NCBI GenBank assembly: GCA_021816725.1
Contig: JAKAXD010000005.1
Location: forward strand, 4,889-68,888
DNA: 64,000 bases
Direction of reading: 5' to 3'
Source of the DNA: Thermoplasmata archaeon
GTDB taxonomy: Archaea > Thermoplasmatota > Thermoplasmata > Thermoplasmatales > GCA-001856825
Shown here: positions 63,101 to 64,000 of the stretch, one piece after another
How positions within the stretch are numbered: the stretch's first letter is position 1
How the letters are laid out: each line of letters starts with the position of its first letter
Translations under genes and position numbers: made by a program
The notes under the pieces: model-generated
Database searches by the model: none
Told to the model about the DNA's origin: nothing
Seen by the model: only the letters and a program-made list of their open reading frames with translations

Positions 63101-64000
63101 TATACCGCCTTTTTCCTGCGCCATGGAAACAGGGTGAAGTGGTATCATAGAAATGTGGAAAGGGCGGAGAGGATCGAATCAATAACCAAAGTAGTCCAGT
63201 GGCTCCTATGGCAGAACGGTCCCCTGACGTTCAACGAAATAGTCGACAGGATAGGCCAGATAAACGAGCTGGAAGAGGTGATAGAGGACCTCACAACACG
63301 GAAGGTCATAGTTTCAGGAAGGTTCTTCCCCAAGAGGGAGAAACAGTACATACTGTCAGATGACCTGAAAAGGCTGAAGGCTACCGACGAGATCGAGATA
63401 GGCAGGATCAGGCTGAACAGGGCACTCCAGAAGTTTGGGGAGAATTATTTTGACGATTACCTCATTGCAAATGATCCAAGCTCCCTCTCGATTAGAGGCT
63501 ATCCTGAGACACAGATGAATTCGAAGGGGATAGTATACGGTCATTTTGCAGGCCAGATAAGGGGGTATTTTGACGAGAAGTACCTTCCACAGCTTATCTC
63601 CCTTAACAGGGTAGAAGATCTGGGTAAGGAAGAGAAGGAGGTAATGGACCTTATCAGGAAGGGAAAGTACGGCATGCAGGACGTTGAGGAAAAGACGCTT
63701 GAGAAGCTGATAAGGAATAACTATGTAGTGTCTAAACAAGGCAGGCCGGTAAAGGTGAACGAGGAACCTGTCGAACCTGTTGAACTTCTGGAGCGATTCG
63801 TCTCCACGTACGGTCCAATCAGCATAGATGAAGTGGTGCAGACCTTTGGAGGGCTGGTCAGGAAGTACATAGGGAAGCTCAACGTAAAGAAAATGGTAAG
63901 CGGGCATTCTACCTACCTCTATTCGGACGTCACATTCACCAAACAGAAGGCAGTTATCAGTACAAGGGACCCTCTCTTCCTGGTGAACAGGGAGAGGATT
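60164..64000 (+). CDS. lhr: Lhr-type large ATP-dependent helicase (5' part; continues beyond the window)
   Basis: Not in the ORF track. By my own translation, the frame starting at ATG 60164 has no stop through base 64000 (1279 codons). Motif I SSPTGTGKT (60311-60337), motif II VDEIHD, motif VI QRVGRSGH, then Lhr-like winged-helix/beta-barrel region (IWWDRKEHTFGRKK..., GDIFVLGARTYEF). Confidence 0.85.
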   Translation, partial: MIIRGNNEYNLEQYLDPLVLEWFTSKYTNATAAQKVGIPLIHQRKNVLISSPTGTGKTLSGFLVTINELFLLAKQNKLEDKIYCVYVSPLKALANDIHRNLEVPLEEIRELAEKKGIHIPKIRVGVRSGDTSQYVRQKMNKTPPHIFITTPESLALALFSPKFKEKFRGVEFLIVDEIHDLASNKRGELLSLIIEFLQYSAGNVTRIGLSATTEPIDELARFLVGNIEKIDVHIVETESNKNLDMRVVCPVSDLFSAPQEQINERTYDIIESMVKEHTTTLVFTNTRSGAERVSSKLIERGILDLEAHHSSLSKESRFNVEERLKKGELKCAVSSTSLELGIDIGSIDLVVQVGSPKGIAKGLQRVGRSGHSVFATAKGRIIPMDIDDLVESLVLVKEAKAKKLDRINIPKNSLDVLSQFIAGISLEKKWNESEALDIIRRTYCYGNIPESDFINVLNYLSGGFEEGNVYSKIWWDRKEHTFGRKKSTRLIYFTNAGTIPEEADYDAYSVDNRHLGSLSEKFVEKLHRGDIFVLGARTYEFLRMRGNKVFIKDASGRKPTVPSWVGEMLPRTFDLSIEVGKFRKELEARVKDGTAEEFLKTEYAADENSIRSVMSYVTNQIDYGVPTNEKFLVEGYIDKANQFSVIFHFALGRRVNDALSRIIAFHISRDFSVNSRISLTDDGFMLTFNRKVDVARISELLKTITIGGSLRNAVKSTELFKQRFRHCATRSFMVLRRYRGREVSVARQQLRSERVLNILFSMENFPIIEETFREIESIVMDIENSEKILKSIMDGEIEIISRDYTRYPSPFGFGIISTGITDVVLMEDKSAIIRELQEALLTKMGLEGSSEVDIESLMNYQESKQLIGTESGIMDFLSKAGFADLYSTVSFSPFKKADNPEEYLDKLAEHLRNGEIVPVFTGKTTYALRENVPYLAAVFMQENDKEVNFEDGESTNSIAKKNSLDPESTLIVLRKMERAYTAFFLRHGNRVKWYHRNVERAERIESITKVVQWLLWQNGPLTFNEIVDRIGQINELEEVIEDLTTRKVIVSGRFFPKREKQYILSDDLKRLKATDEIEIGRIRLNRALQKFGENYFDDYLIANDPSSLSIRGYPETQMNSKGIVYGHFAGQIRGYFDEKYLPQLISLNRVEDLGKEEKEVMDLIRKGKYGMQDVEEKTLEKLIRNNYVVSKQGRPVKVNEEPVEPVELLERFVSTYGPISIDEVVQTFGGLVRKYIGKLNVKKMVSGHSTYLYSDVTFTKQKAVISTRDPLFLVNRERI

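Noticed and set aside
60160-63907. Minus-strand track ORFs (for example 62104..62538 and 63356..63907) in the last 4 kb
   Set aside because: The plus strand carries one uninterrupted Lhr helicase frame with motifs I, II and VI. The listed ORFs are antisense artefacts, and the track simply omits ORFs that run off the window edge.

Overview
This window is a dense, mostly housekeeping chromosomal segment from an archaeon. I infer a Thermoplasmata-like euryarchaeon from three things: an unsplit rpoB in the cluster rpoH-rpoB-rpoA'-rpoA''-L30e-nusA, a membrane-bound LonB that resembles Thermoplasma Lon as I remember it, and gatDE plus a two-subunit 2-oxoacid:ferredoxin oxidoreductase. GC content looks moderate by eye and was not computed.

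I support about 66 protein-coding genes and one tRNA, tRNA-Pro(GGG). The main blocks are:
- aIF1A-Rio1-KH operon, Elp3, a PIN/ATPase/KH protein, GMP synthase subunit B, the oxidoreductase (OFOR), endonuclease IV, Hel308, SerRS and GatD/GatE.
- NMNAT-RpoL, SHMT, PHI, TyrRS, deoxyhypusine synthase, DtdA and carbamate kinase.
- A tightly overlapped operon running from a small wHTH gene through DUF373, MptE and Mut7-C to Pelota.
- The RNA polymerase cluster, then an accessory-looking block (MiaB-like, GGT, K+ channel, PrpD-like, MFS, methyltransferase, PadR).
- The L18e-L13-S9-RpoN-tRNAPro cluster, FolD, LonB, Cgi121, and a very long Lhr-type helicase that runs off the 3' edge and is missing from the supplied ORF track.

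I found no CRISPR array, transposase, integrase, rRNA or recognisable defence island. I could not identify a convincing new multi-gene system.

The observations most worth a second look are:
- Two conserved genes (uL13 and Cgi121) whose conserved N-termini lie upstream of the first canonical start codon. Each is preceded by the same GGTGAT-N5-ATT arrangement, which suggests AUU initiation.
- The Lhr ORF of at least 1279 aa.
- Insertions in RpoB (an extra Cys4 ribbon) and RpoA'' (an N-terminal extension of about 125 aa).
- Three non-coding gaps of about 0.5 kb with local secondary-structure potential.
- The rpoN stop codon lying 1 nt from the mature 5' end of tRNA-Pro.
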